Below, piece by piece: positions 45,243 through 55,881 of a stretch of 64,000 bases of DNA. The number at the start of each line of letters is the position of its first letter. Position 1 is the stretch's first letter. The notes under the pieces were generated by a model. It saw only the letters and a program-made list of their open reading frames with translations. It did not search any database and was not told the origin of the DNA. Made by a program: the position numbers and the translations under genes. The stretch comes from Nitrospira sp. (GTDB lineage Bacteria > Nitrospirota > Nitrospiria > Nitrospirales > Nitrospiraceae). Location: contig JALHMZ010000001.1 of NCBI GenBank assembly GCA_022843785.1, forward strand, positions 83,516 through 147,515, given 5' to 3'.

Positions 45243-45587
45243 TCAACAGGCAATATCGAACGCAGCCTGTTGCAGCCGATGCTCCACGTGCCGGGCTAGA
45301 CGGAGGTCCGCTTCGTTCGAGATTGAGACAATCTGGACACCAAACTCCCGTTCGGTCTTCCATCGCACCACGGCCTTCTCGATATCGACCGTGCCCTCTC
45401 CATTCGGGAGCCAGAGCTGAATCCTCACGATGGTGTCGCATGGAAGGGTCGATTGCCCTTCGACTCGAAATCCATTCAAAGAAATATCACGCACCACGGC
45501 TTGACGGACGGAGTGAGACACCAGATAACAGCCTGGATACTCCGCTGATATTCTCCGGTACATGCGTTGTGTGGAAGGAAGACTCAA
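45243..45587 (-). CDS. PilZ domain protein
   Basis: RMYRR (RxxxR) and DISLNG (DxSxxG) motifs. Confidence 0.8.
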   Translation of the reverse strand: MSLPSTQRMYRRISAEYPGCYLVSHSVRQAVVRDISLNGFRVEGQSTLPCDTIVRIQLWLPNGEGTVDIEKAVVRWKTEREFGVQIVSISNEADLRLARHVEHRLQQAAFDIAC

Positions 45588-45790
45588 GTAACGGCCTCCT
45601 TGGCTCGAAATGATGGGCCAAGGATAACCGTTACGGGAGAGCCAGAAAATCCTACGAAAGGCCCCCCCTCAAAAGTAGGGAGCCCTTTCAAGAATGAGCC
45701 TATTTCAAAAGGCTATGGATCGGCCATCCATCGATACACTCACAACAATACAATGACTTGTGTGCTCTACCCATAGAAGCCCCGTCGATA

Positions 45791-46396
45791 CTATTCAGAA
45801 ATAGTCACGGTCATCTCAACACGCTCTTTTGGATTGTCCCGCTCATCACGCGGCAGGTTGACGATCTTATCTGTCACGCCAATGCCCCTGACGACTTCAC
45901 CGAATACAGAATACTTGTTATCGAGAAACCGGGAATCCTCAACCACGATAAAAAACTGCGAGCCGGCTGTGTCCGGATCATTGGCCCGTGCCATCGAGAC
46001 AGTCCCTCGTTTATGCGGTATATCGCTGAACTCTGCTTTGATGGAGTATCCCGGACCACCCTGTCCATAGGTGTCTTTCTTGAGCGAGTCCTTGGTATTC
46101 GGGTCACCACCCTGGATCATGAAACCGGGAATCACACGGTGAAAAATTGTTCCGTTATAGAAACCATCCTTCGCCAGCTTGACAAAATTCGCGACATGTT
46201 TCGGCGCCACATCGGGAAGGAACTTCACTTCGATATCGCCGAATTTCGTCTTGATGATCGCCCGAGGTCCTTTGGAGCTTTCCTCTTTCGGCGCCGTTGA
46301 TTTATCCGCCGCCATAACCAACCCGGCACTTAAAAATAGGCTCGCACTCCCGATCAGTACTGCCACCGGCATCATCCGCCCAATTTGCTTCCACAT
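45791..46396 (-). CDS. Cyclophilin-type peptidyl-prolyl isomerase with signal peptide
   Basis: FHRVIPGFMIQGGDP, SMARANDPDTAGSQFFI and LDNKYSVFG. Confidence 0.95.
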   Translation of the reverse strand: MWKQIGRMMPVAVLIGSASLFLSAGLVMAADKSTAPKEESSKGPRAIIKTKFGDIEVKFLPDVAPKHVANFVKLAKDGFYNGTIFHRVIPGFMIQGGDPNTKDSLKKDTYGQGGPGYSIKAEFSDIPHKRGTVSMARANDPDTAGSQFFIVVEDSRFLDNKYSVFGEVVRGIGVTDKIVNLPRDERDNPKERVEMTVTISE

Positions 46397-46458
46397 TGTT
46401 AGCCTCCCTGTCTCACAAATCTGAAATCCGTCGCAAACCGTCGCACAAGCCAGCCACC

Positions 46459-47166
46459 TCAGCGCTCCGACTGCTCCAAGGCCTGTTTTGCTGCTGCCTG
46501 CTCTGCCTCTTTCTTACTGTGTCCCTGCCCACACCCCACCACCTGCTCTCCCACTGATACCTCGACACGAAACAGCTTCTGATGATCCGGCCCGGTTTCG
46601 CGCACAGTGACATACCTCGGCAACAACTCATGTTGTCTCTGACACCATTCCTGAAACCGCGTCTTATAGTCATCATCTCCCGGTTTCGTCTGTAAGGATT
46701 CGATGTGCCCCAATTCCTCCGACAACGCGTCAAGCGTAAAGATCCGGCCGGCTTCAAGCCCTCCGTCGAGATAGACTGCGGCAATCACAGCCTCCAGCCC
46801 ATCGGCCAGCAAGGATGTTTTCTCTCTCCCCTTCGACAGCTCTTCACCCCGACCAAGCCGCAGCCTGACACCGAGATCAAGCCGCCTGGCGGCTGCAGCG
46901 AGCGAAGGTTCACTGACAAGCTTGGCCTTGAGTTTCGACAGAGCGCCTTCGCTGAGTTGAGGATACCGCGTGGCCAGGTAGTCGCTCACGATGAGCGACA
47001 GGACCGCATCCCCCAGAAACTCGAGCCGCTCATTATGGTTTTGGCTCGACCCCTTGCGCTCATTCACGTAAGACTTGTGCGTCAGCGCTTCGTCCAGAAG
47101 AGTCGAGTCGTTGAATCGATACTTAAACGGAGCAGAAGATGAGTCGGCTGAAGACGCCGGCATCAT
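46459..47166 (-). CDS. rnc: Ribonuclease III
   Basis: ALTHKS, NERLEFLGDAVL and a C-terminal dsRBD (GPDHQK.F, SKKEAEQAAA). Confidence 0.97.
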   Translation of the reverse strand: MMPASSADSSSAPFKYRFNDSTLLDEALTHKSYVNERKGSSQNHNERLEFLGDAVLSLIVSDYLATRYPQLSEGALSKLKAKLVSEPSLAAAARRLDLGVRLRLGRGEELSKGREKTSLLADGLEAVIAAVYLDGGLEAGRIFTLDALSEELGHIESLQTKPGDDDYKTRFQEWCQRQHELLPRYVTVRETGPDHQKLFRVEVSVGEQVVGCGQGHSKKEAEQAAAKQALEQSER

Positions 47167-47177
47167 GGTCGGATAGA

Positions 47178-48428
47178 CTAACCATCCACACGTTTAAAGA
47201 TCAAACAGGCATTCACGCCGCCGAATCCAAAGGAATTGGACAAGGCTGCTTTGATCGCCACCGGCCTGGCCTTGTTGGGCACATAATCCAAATCACACGC
47301 CGGGTCCGGATTCTCCAGATTGATTGTGGGCGGAAGGATCCCGTGAAACAACGCCAGGATACTGAACACCGCCTCAATTCCACCCGCCGCACCCAGCAAA
47401 TGTCCGGTCATGGACTTCGTCGAGCTGACAGGAATCCCATACGCACGCTCGCCGAACACGGTCTTGATGGCATGCGTCTCGATCGCGTCCGCCATTGTGG
47501 ATGTCCCGTGCGCGTTGATATATCCGATCTGCTCTTTGCCGATGCCGGCATCCTTGAGCGCCAACTCCATACAACGGACTGCGCCCTCTCCTCCTTCGGG
47601 CGGCGCCGTAATGTGATAGGCATCACTGTTCATGCCGTATCCAGCCACTTCGCCGTAAATCCGCGCGCCGCGCCTGCGCGCATGTTCCAGTTCCTCGATC
47701 ACGACCACGCCGGCCCCTTCGCCCAGCACAAACCCGTCCCGATCCTTATCGAACGGACGGCTGGCCCTCGTCGGCTCGTCGTTTCTAAACGATAGCGCCT
47801 TCGCTGACGCAAATCCTGCAACTCCCAGCGGTGTCACGGCGGCTTCGGCGCCACCCGCAACCATGACATCCGCATCGCCTCGCTGAATAAGCCGGTACGC
47901 ATCTCCGATACAATGGTTGCCTGTCGCGCAGGCCGTCACAGCACACGCGTTCGGCCCTTTGGCTCCGATTCGAATCGCCACCTGGCCGGAAGCCAGATTG
48001 ATGATCGTCATCGGAATAAAGAACGGGGACACTCGTCCCGGTCCCTTTTCCTTCAGGACATCGTGATAGTGTTCGATTGACCCGAGACCGCCGATCCCCG
48101 AACCGATATAGACACCGACCTTGGTCGCTTCTTCCGGAGCAACTTTCAGTCCTGCATCCTCCACAGCCAATTGGGCCGCGCCCACGGCGTAGTGAATGAA
48201 GGTGTCCATCTTCTTGATTTCTTTTTTCTCAATGAACCGGGCCGGATCAAAATCGGTGACTTCCCCCGCAATCTGGGCATCATACCCGGTCGGATCAAAA
48301 CGAGTGATCCGACGGATCCCCGACTCTCCAGTACAGAGAGCGTTCCATGTTTTTTCGACACCCGTACCGAGGGGAGTCACTAATCCGAGGCCGGTCACAA
48401 CAACTCGGCGTGTAGGTCGATCAGACAT
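47178..48428 (-). CDS. fabF: Beta-ketoacyl-ACP synthase II
   Basis: [35 protein letters not shown] and SNSFGFGG. Confidence 0.96.
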   Translation of the reverse strand: MSDRPTRRVVVTGLGLVTPLGTGVEKTWNALCTGESGIRRITRFDPTGYDAQIAGEVTDFDPARFIEKKEIKKMDTFIHYAVGAAQLAVEDAGLKVAPEEATKVGVYIGSGIGGLGSIEHYHDVLKEKGPGRVSPFFIPMTIINLASGQVAIRIGAKGPNACAVTACATGNHCIGDAYRLIQRGDADVMVAGGAEAAVTPLGVAGFASAKALSFRNDEPTRASRPFDKDRDGFVLGEGAGVVVIEELEHARRRGARIYGEVAGYGMNSDAYHITAPPEGGEGAVRCMELALKDAGIGKEQIGYINAHGTSTMADAIETHAIKTVFGERAYGIPVSSTKSMTGHLLGAAGGIEAVFSILALFHGILPPTINLENPDPACDLDYVPNKARPVAIKAALSNSFGFGGVNACLIFKRVDG

Positions 48429-48442
48429 CACAGAGACGAGCC

Positions 48443-48676
48443 TTATGATTTTTCCTTGATGTAATCCAGGGCCTTTCCAACCGTGAGAATCTTCTCCGCA
48501 TCCTCATCCGGAATCTCGATCGAGAACTCCTCTTCAAGCGCCATCACCAGCTCGACCGTGTCGAGCGAATCGGCGCCGAGGTCTTCGACGAAGGACGCCT
48601 CAGGGGTCACCTCATCCTCCTCCACACCAAGCTGCTCGGCAATAATCTTTTTTACACGTTCCTCAACGGTTGCCAT
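48443..48676 (-). CDS. acpP: Acyl carrier protein
   Basis: [14 protein letters not shown]. Confidence 0.98.
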   Translation of the reverse strand: MATVEERVKKIIAEQLGVEEDEVTPEASFVEDLGADSLDTVELVMALEEEFSIEIPDEDAEKILTVGKALDYIKEKS

Positions 48677-48767
48677 TGCTCTCCCTACCTCCTTCCCCGA
48701 TAGGACTCACTCGTCGCCGTCACATGGGGATCTGTCACGGCCATACATTGAAATCAGCTCCGATGCC

Positions 48768-49511
48768 TCACGCCATCAACATTCCACCGTTTACATGTAA
48801 CACATGGCCGGTAATATAGGCTGCGTCTTCGGACACGAGAAACCGCACAGCCGCCGCAATGTCCGCCGGTGTACCAAGCCGGCCCAACGGAATCTGCTTC
48901 TGCAGCGTCTCTTTCACATCCGCCGACAACCCATGGGTCATCGCAGTATCGATAAAGCCCGGAGCCACGGCATTGACCGTAACATTCCGGCTGGCATATT
49001 CCCGTCCAACCGTTTTGGTAAAGCCGATGACGGCTGCTTTCGACGCCGCGTAATTGGCCTGCCCTGCGTTGCCCATCACTCCCACGATCGATGCAATATT
49101 AACGATACGACCATACCGCTGCTTGGTCATCGCCTGCAAGACCGCCTTCGTGCAATTGAAGGTTCCATTGAGATTGACCTGAAGCACCAGGTTCCAATCC
49201 TCTTCTTTCATGCGCAGCAAGAGTCCATCACGGGTGATACCGGCATTGTTGACCAGGATATCGACTTTCCCCCATGCCTTGAGCACCTGCTCAACCATCG
49301 CTTTGGTGTCATCGGCCTCCGCGACGTTGACTTTGACATTCAACGCCCGCCGCCCCAACCTCTCAACTGCGTTCACGGTTTCGAGGGAACGGCCCGGATC
49401 AATATCACCGACCACAATATCTGCGCCTGCTTGCGCAAGGGTTTCAGCAATGGCCCGACCGATTCCCTGCGCGGCACCAGTAACAATTGCAACCCTTCCC
49501 TGCAAAGACAT
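48768..49511 (-). CDS. fabG: 3-oxoacyl-ACP reductase
   Basis: TGAAQGIG, NNAGITRD, YAASK and VAPGFIDTAMT. Confidence 0.96.
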   Translation of the reverse strand: MSLQGRVAIVTGAAQGIGRAIAETLAQAGADIVVGDIDPGRSLETVNAVERLGRRALNVKVNVAEADDTKAMVEQVLKAWGKVDILVNNAGITRDGLLLRMKEEDWNLVLQVNLNGTFNCTKAVLQAMTKQRYGRIVNIASIVGVMGNAGQANYAASKAAVIGFTKTVGREYASRNVTVNAVAPGFIDTAMTHGLSADVKETLQKQIPLGRLGTPADIAAAVRFLVSEDAAYITGHVLHVNGGMLMA

Positions 49512-49581
49512 AACCAACTCCTGCTCGAAGCTTGAAAATTAGACGTGCACGTATCGATGCACACTACTCACTTGCCGACTT

Positions 49582-50520
49582 TTACCTGTTCACGTTGTTT
49601 AAGGTGGTTTCCAGCGACTTCGGATCGTTCACATTCATCAGACGCGCCTCGGGAAGAATACGCTTGATTAAGCCGGTCAGCACCGCCCCCGGCCCTACCT
49701 CCACGAACGTGGTCACCCCCATCGTGCCCATGGTCCTGACCGTGTCTTCCCATAGCACGGAAGACGGCAATTGCTTGACCAACGACGCGTGGATTTCGTT
49801 CGCTCGGCTGATCGCCCGCGCCTCAGCATTATTGATGAGGGGCGCCCGAAGGTCCGACCAGCAGATTGCCGCCAGGTCCGTGGCCAATCGATCGGCCGCG
49901 CGTTGCATCAATGGCGTATGTACCGGCACACTCACCGGCAAAGGAATCGCCTTCTTGCAGCCTTTTTCTTTAGCCAACTCGATAGCCCGTTCCACTGCCA
50001 CCTTTTCACCGGCAATCACGACCTGGCCCGGCGAATTAAAATTGGCGGCAGCCACGACTCCAACCACTGATGCCTCTCGACACACAGCTTTGACGACATC
50101 CGGCGTCAATCCCAACAACGCAGCGACAAGACCCGTACCCGGAGCCACGGCTTCTGACATATAGCGGCCGCGCTTTTGGACTAGTCCGACCGCATCTCGA
50201 AACGACACACCACCTGCCGCCACGAGCGCCGAATACTCACCCAAACTGTGACCTGCCACTGCAATTGGTTGTATCCCGGCTGATTCTAATGTTTTCAACG
50301 CAGCGATACTGCTCACCAACAGAGCCGGCTGCGTATACTCCGTCAAATTGAGCCGTTCTGCCGGGCCCTCAAAACAAAGCGTAGCACTGTCGTACCCCAG
50401 CACCGCCGAGGCTTCCTCGTAGACTTGCTTAATTGCCGGATGAGCCTCGCACAGCGATTTGCCCATCCCCACAGATTGCGAACCTTGGCCTGGGAATACC
50501 AGACCGATCCCGGATGCCAT
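49582..50520 (-). CDS. fabD: Malonyl-CoA:ACP transacylase
   Basis: FPGQGSQ, GHSLGEY and NFNSPGQVV. Confidence 0.97.
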   Translation of the reverse strand: MASGIGLVFPGQGSQSVGMGKSLCEAHPAIKQVYEEASAVLGYDSATLCFEGPAERLNLTEYTQPALLVSSIAALKTLESAGIQPIAVAGHSLGEYSALVAAGGVSFRDAVGLVQKRGRYMSEAVAPGTGLVAALLGLTPDVVKAVCREASVVGVVAAANFNSPGQVVIAGEKVAVERAIELAKEKGCKKAIPLPVSVPVHTPLMQRAADRLATDLAAICWSDLRAPLINNAEARAISRANEIHASLVKQLPSSVLWEDTVRTMGTMGVTTFVEVGPGAVLTGLIKRILPEARLMNVNDPKSLETTLNNVNR

Positions 50521-50594
50521 AGGCTGTTAGATATCTTAGAATTGCCCTGGAATGTCAACGGGAAAAAGTTTTGAGCATGCCGCCGGCAGCACGA

Positions 50595-51569
50595 TTACCA
50601 CCGGATCATGGCAGAGGCCCACGTCAACCCGGCCCCAAACGCGCCAAGCATGACCAGCGATCCGTCCCTGATACGCCCCGCGCGCACCGCTTCATCCAAC
50701 GCAATGGGAATCGACGCGGCCGACGTATTGCCATACCGGTCGAGATTGAGCATCACTTTTTCAGCCGGAAGACCAAGGCGCTCCATGACCGCCGTGAGAA
50801 TCCTGAAATTGGCCTGGTGGGGCACATATAAATCAAGGTCTTCCACACGAAGATGATTCGCAGCCAAGGTTTCCCTGGCGATCTCTTCCAGGTTCCGCAC
50901 CGCGACCTTGAAGGTTTCATGTCCCTTCATCTTGATACACTGCATTCGTTCCGCAATGGTTTTCTCAGACGGCGGCATCCGAGACCCGCCCCCCGGTACG
51001 GCGATCAGTTCGTTCAAATTTCCATCGGAGCGAAGGTGTGTAGACAAAATGCCCCGCTCCCCATCACCCGCACTGACAACCGCCGCCCCAGCCCCATCTC
51101 CAAATAGGACACAAGTATTTCGGTCTGTCCAATCTGTAATAGCGGACATAACTTCCGAGCCGATTACCAGGACATGACGCATCCCGGTCTTCACATACGC
51201 ATCAGCCACTGACAACGCATAGACAAAGCCGCAACATGCGGCCGCAATGTCACAGGCCGCTGCCTTAGTCGCACCGAGTTGATGCTGCACCAAACAGGCC
51301 GTCGATGGAAGCGGATAGTCCCCCGTACAGGTGGCAACCAAGACCATATCGAGCTCAGTCGCGGGAAGACCTGCCGCCGCCAGTGCCCGCTTTCCAGCTT
51401 GGACGGCCAAATCCGAGCATGCCTCCCCGGCACCTGCGATATGCCGCTCTCGAATACCGGTCCGTTCACGAATCCACTCGTCCGAAGTCGCCACCATGCG
51501 TTCGAGATCCGCATTCGTCAGCACTTTGGCAGGCGCGTACGAGCCTGTGCCAGTAATGCGGGACTTCAT
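50595..51569 (-). CDS. fabH: Beta-ketoacyl-ACP synthase III
   Basis: EWIRERTGI, AACCGF, PHQAN and GNTSAASIP. Confidence 0.97.
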   Translation of the reverse strand: MKSRITGTGSYAPAKVLTNADLERMVATSDEWIRERTGIRERHIAGAGEACSDLAVQAGKRALAAAGLPATELDMVLVATCTGDYPLPSTACLVQHQLGATKAAACDIAAACCGFVYALSVADAYVKTGMRHVLVIGSEVMSAITDWTDRNTCVLFGDGAGAAVVSAGDGERGILSTHLRSDGNLNELIAVPGGGSRMPPSEKTIAERMQCIKMKGHETFKVAVRNLEEIARETLAANHLRVEDLDLYVPHQANFRILTAVMERLGLPAEKVMLNLDRYGNTSAASIPIALDEAVRAGRIRDGSLVMLGAFGAGLTWASAMIRW

Positions 51570-52585
51570 GTTTCCTGCTCCACTGAAGGACCAGCAAGAC
51601 TGCCTTCGATATTTCGCTGAATCAGTTCTTGCACCCGTCCTTCAGCCATGCCTTTGGCCCGGCGAATGGCGTTCTTGATGGCTTTTGCCGACGACCGGCC
51701 ATGGCAAATGATTGTAATGCCGTTGACTCCAAGCAACGGTGCGCCGCCGAACTCGGCATAATCGATCCGCCGCTTGAGCTTCTTCAGGGGAGCTGCAATC
51801 AGGGGATAGGCCAGCCGTCCAAGCAGCGAGCCTGAAATCTCCTTGAGCAACAATTTGCTGATCGTCTCGGCAACGCCTTCGGATATCTTCAACGCAACGT
51901 TTCCAATGAACCCGTCGCACACCACCACATCCGCATTTCCGCTGTATACTTCGCGGCCCTCGATATTGCCGACGAAATTCAACGAACTCGCCTTTAATAG
52001 CTTGAAGGCTTCCTTCGTGACCTCATTGCCTTTACTGTCTTCTTCGCCAATACTCAGCAGGCCGACACGAGGATTGGGCTTGCCGAATAAGTACTTTCCG
52101 TACTCATTCCCCATCACGGCAAACTGATGAAGATCCTTCGCGCCACAATCAACATTCGCCCCCACATCAAGAATGATCGCTTCACCGGTCACCGTCGGCA
52201 AACTGGTGGCAATCGCCGGCCGTTCCACGCCTTTCGTCAGCCCCAATACAAAAAATGAGGCGACCATGCTGGCTCCCGTATTGCCTGGGCTCACGACGGC
52301 ATCGGCTTCACCGTTCTTCACCATTCCGGTAGCAACCCAAATCGACGAGTCCCGCTTCTTGCGGACCATGGCCGCAGGGGATTCCTCCATGGTAACAACT
52401 TGGGACGCATGACGAATGGACACGCGGGCATCGCTATAGCCGAGACGGCCGCATTCTTGTTTCAGCGTCGTCTCGTCGCCGACGAGAATAACCTCGACAT
52501 CCGACTCACTGATGGCCTGGAACGCGCCTTCGATGCAGGGAACCGGGCCATGGTCGCCTCCCACCGCGTCAAGTGCGATCTTCAT
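51566..52585 (-). CDS. plsX: Phosphate acyltransferase
   Basis: IALDAVGGD, GNTGA, LDVGANVD, GFIGNVALK and HGRS. Confidence 0.96.
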   Translation of the reverse strand: MKIALDAVGGDHGPVPCIEGAFQAISESDVEVILVGDETTLKQECGRLGYSDARVSIRHASQVVTMEESPAAMVRKKRDSSIWVATGMVKNGEADAVVSPGNTGASMVASFFVLGLTKGVERPAIATSLPTVTGEAIILDVGANVDCGAKDLHQFAVMGNEYGKYLFGKPNPRVGLLSIGEEDSKGNEVTKEAFKLLKASSLNFVGNIEGREVYSGNADVVVCDGFIGNVALKISEGVAETISKLLLKEISGSLLGRLAYPLIAAPLKKLKRRIDYAEFGGAPLLGVNGITIICHGRSSAKAIKNAIRRAKGMAEGRVQELIQRNIEGSLAGPSVEQET

Positions 52586-52858
52586 GCGGGATGAGGTGGT
52601 CACGGCTGGTGTCGGATCAACCGGCTGTCCATGTGCAGTTTTTCTGATTCGATAGACACGGCAGAGCGTTGAGCCTCATGCGAGGATTGGCCCAACGAAG
52701 GGGAAGCAGGACCTGGCGCACGGCTCTCCCGTCTACGTCCCGTGACAAATTGGGGACCGGCAGAGGTGCCCCAGTGTGCTGCCGAATAGAAGCGGCCTAC
52801 GACAGTCGCGCCACCCGCCGGAGTCAGGCCGATGTCACAGAGCACAGTGCACCTTCCG

Positions 52859-53044
52859 TTACGCTTCTTCGACTTGAATGACAGCCTTGCCCTTGTATGT
52901 CCCGCAGTTCAAACACGTATAGTGCGGCAGTTTCAACTCGTGGCACTGGGGACAGACCGACATCCCCGGAGGCGTCATGCGCAGCTTTTGCGTCCGGCGC
53001 TTATCTCGTCTCGCTCGTGAGTGCTTATGTTTCGGATTGGGCAT
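52859..53044 (-). CDS. rpmF: 50S ribosomal protein L32
   Basis: MPNPKHKHSRARRDKRR...CPQC...PH..C..CG.YKG. Confidence 0.97.
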   Translation of the reverse strand: MPNPKHKHSRARRDKRRTQKLRMTPPGMSVCPQCHELKLPHYTCLNCGTYKGKAVIQVEEA

Positions 53045-53095
53045 GGCAACTCCTTCTTCGAGCCACTGCCGGGCCTTTCACTGACCGGCAGGCTC

Positions 53096-53671
53096 TTACA
53101 ACTTTTCTTTCATCCCGCGCAGAACTTGAAACGGACTTCCCGTCGGTTCCGCGGCGCAGTGACACGGCCCCTCATTTAAATTTTCCCCGCATTGGGCGCA
53201 GAGCCCAAGACATTCCTCGACACACAGCGGATGCATTGGAGAAGCGAGAATCAACTGCTCACGAAGCATCGGCGTCAGATCGAGCTGATCACCCGCGTAA
53301 TAGTACAAATCATCGTCCGGCTCTTCCAGCTTGGGTTCAACTGCCGGCGCTGCTTTCTTCTTTCGTCCAGCATCTTGCTTTGCTACGGGTACCGCAGCCT
53401 TGGTTTCCCGTTCATAGGCAGCGCGCACAGAGAAGGCGATGGGACTCTCAAAATCCTTCAGGCAGCGCACACATTGATAAACTGCCGTTCCTTCCACAAC
53501 CCCCGTCAGGCAGATCGTACGTTCGACCGATCGAAGATCCAGCCCCACCGACAATGTCCCACGAATAGACACGTCTACATCGGTGAGTCCCAGCTCTTCA
53601 GCCGTCAGATCTCCTGAGAGTGAAACGCCGTCCGCCGTAATATCTGCAATCTTGGGTGTGAGTAGATCCAT
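53096..53671 (-). CDS. DUF177/YceD-family protein
   Basis: CVRCL, DLTPMLREQLILA.PM.PLC..C.GLC..CG; upstream of rpmF. Confidence 0.9.
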   Translation of the reverse strand: MDLLTPKIADITADGVSLSGDLTAEELGLTDVDVSIRGTLSVGLDLRSVERTICLTGVVEGTAVYQCVRCLKDFESPIAFSVRAAYERETKAAVPVAKQDAGRKKKAAPAVEPKLEEPDDDLYYYAGDQLDLTPMLREQLILASPMHPLCVEECLGLCAQCGENLNEGPCHCAAEPTGSPFQVLRGMKEKL

Positions 53672-53733
53672 CCCGATCCCCAGCGACTCGCCGCCGCCCC
53701 GCTCCAATACGCCGCAATCACCGGTCACGCTTG

Positions 53734-53991
53734 TTATCGCTCCTCTGCGAAACTGATGATGGCAATATGGCGAGCCCGCTTGACGGCGACGGTCAACTCA
53801 CGTTGATGGCGCATGCAGTTTCCAGAAATACGTCGCGGGACGATCCGCCCCCGCTCAGTCAGGAAATTTCTCAGCAACCCGGCGTCCTTGAAATCGATCG
53901 GAGCCTTCTCCAGGCAAAAGCGGCACGGCCGCCTCCGCTGAAACAATCTGCCTCCGCCCCCGCCACGCTCACTGTCGTTACTCCGTTCCAT
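53734..53991 (-). CDS. rpsR: 30S ribosomal protein S18 (Zn-binding form)
   Basis: CRFC...IDFKD...[20 protein letters not shown]. Confidence 0.97.
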   Translation of the reverse strand: MERSNDSERGGGGGRLFQRRRPCRFCLEKAPIDFKDAGLLRNFLTERGRIVPRRISGNCMRHQRELTVAVKRARHIAIISFAEER

Positions 53992-54015
53992 CACTGCCTC
54001 CTCATTCCTACGCGC

Positions 54016-54417
54016 TCAACCTTGTTCATCCATGTCATAGCCGGGCTCATCGTGAGCCGGAGGCTCTGCACCGGCAGTCCCACCCTCTTGACGTTTGGGC
54101 ATAAACGTCACAGCCTGCGCGACGACTTCGTGCTTGCTGCGCTTTTGACCGTCTTCGGTTTCCCATCGTCGCTGCTGTAGCCGTCCCTCGACGATTGCAC
54201 CGTTGCCCTTACTGAGATACTGCCCGCAATGTTCCGCTTGCTTGCCGAACACCACGATATCGACGAAACAAACTTCTTCCTTCAGATCCTCGCCCTGTTT
54301 GAACCGTCGGCTCACGGCAAGGCCGAAACTCGCTACCGGCGTCCCGCTCGGTGTGTACCGCAGCTCGGGGTTCCGCGTGAGGTTCCCCATGAGAATGACT
54401 TTATTAAATCCGGCCAC
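54016..54417 (-). CDS. ssb: Single-stranded DNA-binding protein
   Basis: NKVILMGNLTRNPELRYTP.G, VEGRLQ.R.W and an acidic tail. Confidence 0.96.
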   Translation of the reverse strand: MAGFNKVILMGNLTRNPELRYTPSGTPVASFGLAVSRRFKQGEDLKEEVCFVDIVVFGKQAEHCGQYLSKGNGAIVEGRLQQRRWETEDGQKRSKHEVVAQAVTFMPKRQEGGTAGAEPPAHDEPGYDMDEQG

Positions 54418-54751
54418 CGTCGGACTCCTGTGCCGAGACTTCTAATGGACGGCGCTCCACCAATGGCTTCTCATGATGAATCGTCAGAAACTTGATAATG
54501 TTGTCTTCCAATCGATAGGCCCGCTCGAGTTCACCGACCGTGTTATTCGGCGCCTTGAAGTAGAAATAGGCATACGTGCCCTTCCGTTCCCGACGCACTT
54601 CATAGGCAAGTTTCTTTTTGCCTAAATTTTCAGCCTTAATGAACTGCGCACCGGTTTTATCGGCTACGCCTTTCATCTTCTCGATAAGGGTTTTGGTCTC
54701 CTCGTCGGAGACGGACGGACGGATAATGAACAGAGACTCGTAGAGCTCCAT
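54404..54751 (-). CDS. rpsF: 30S ribosomal protein S6
   Basis: MELYESLFIIRP...LGKKKLAYE...G.Y. Start ATG 54751. Confidence 0.96.
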   Translation of the reverse strand: MELYESLFIIRPSVSDEETKTLIEKMKGVADKTGAQFIKAENLGKKKLAYEVRRERKGTYAYFYFKAPNNTVGELERAYRLEDNIIKFLTIHHEKPLVERRPLEVSAQESDGGRI

Positions 54752-54759
54752 GAAAGAAT

Positions 54760-54798
54760 CCTCCTGGACAAAGGCCCCCGAACCGGTCGGGAGCGAGG
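54760..54798 (-). ncRNA. Putative S6:S18 ribosomal-protein leader
   Basis: Minus strand CCUC-GCUCCCGA(CCGGU)UCGGGGGC-CUUUGUCCAG-GAGG: an 8-bp hairpin plus a basal pairing that sequesters the RBS, with a CC in the internal loop. Confidence 0.45.
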
Positions 54799-54831
54799 TG
54801 TAAGACGCCTCTCTGGCGCAACGACCGTGGA

Positions 54832-54861
54832 AAGGTAACACAGGGAGAACAAAACAGTCAA
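54832..54861 (-). promoter_or_regulatory. Sigma70-type promoter of rpsF
   Basis: TTGACT-N18-TACCTT with TGn extension. Confidence 0.55.
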
Positions 54862-54958
54862 TTTACAGCGGCACAGCTCGGTACCGGCCGGGAAAAGATC
54901 AACCTCATGGATGCATGTCGTTCGCGTCGTGCGAAACTGCCGGCAGCCCACGTGGTAT

Positions 54959-55870
54959 CTATCCTGATACCGGAAACCGATAGTTCCCTCCACCGGTTTC
55001 CTGTACGGCATTCAATGCGCCCTGAGTTCGCTGAATCAATTCATCAGCCTGACGGCCATCGATCGGATAGACAGCCACCCCGATACTCACCGTGACCATC
55101 ACTGATTCTTCCTTCACCTTGAACGGCTGAGCCATAGAACCCAGCACTCGCTTTGCAACGATGTCCATATCTGACCGGGAATTGATCCCCTCCAACAGGC
55201 AGGTAAACTCATCGCCTTCAAGACGCGCGACGGTATCGACCTCTCTCATACATTTCTTGAGACGCTCCGCCGCCTCTTGGAGCAGCAGGTCACACCCATC
55301 GGGGCCGAGCGTTTCAGCCAGAGATGGAAACTGATCAAGCGCCAGCAAGACCAGGCCGACCTCTTGTTTCTTCCGCTTGGCCAGCGCCAGCGCATGGATC
55401 AGCCGATCGTGAAACAAGGCTCGATTGGCCAGCGCGGTCAATGGATCGTACTGCGCCAGATACGACAGGTGCTGTTCGGCTTGTTTGCGATCGACCGAGT
55501 GTCGGACCGCCCGCACCAGTTGTTCCGCCGTCCACTGCTGCTTGACGATGACGTCCTGAATACCTCGCTGAATTGCCTGCCGCTCTTTCCTGGCATCTTT
55601 GTGATCCGTCAACATCACAATCGGCATCCGAGCCAGGGCGGCCTGTAGCAAGTCCAAAACATTCAAGCCATGCGTATCGATCAACTCTCCGTAGAGTAAA
55701 ATGACATCGAACGACTCACGGCTCAGCAGGCGCAAGGCTGCGCTCAGATTCCCGACATGAGTAACCTGGATGTCCCCTTCACCCGCCTCAGCGAGCATGT
55801 CACGCGCCCGACGGGCGTCGATTTCACTGGCTTCGACTAGGAGGACCTTAATCACTGGACCCGATCTCAC
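54959..55870 (-). CDS. Pseudo-receiver + degenerate GGDEF domain protein
   Basis: REC-like N-terminus lacking the phosphoacceptor Asp (DVILLYG). GGDEF region DPLTALANR...REVDTVARLEGDEF. Confidence 0.85.
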   Translation of the reverse strand: MRSGPVIKVLLVEASEIDARRARDMLAEAGEGDIQVTHVGNLSAALRLLSRESFDVILLYGELIDTHGLNVLDLLQAALARMPIVMLTDHKDARKERQAIQRGIQDVIVKQQWTAEQLVRAVRHSVDRKQAEQHLSYLAQYDPLTALANRALFHDRLIHALALAKRKKQEVGLVLLALDQFPSLAETLGPDGCDLLLQEAAERLKKCMREVDTVARLEGDEFTCLLEGINSRSDMDIVAKRVLGSMAQPFKVKEESVMVTVSIGVAVYPIDGRQADELIQRTQGALNAVQETGGGNYRFPVSG

Positions 55871-55881
55871 TTCTTCAACGA

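Noticed and set aside
52604-52858. 250-bp gap between rpmF and plsX as an sRNA or small gene
   Set aside because: No convincing stem, promoter or coding signal was found by eye.
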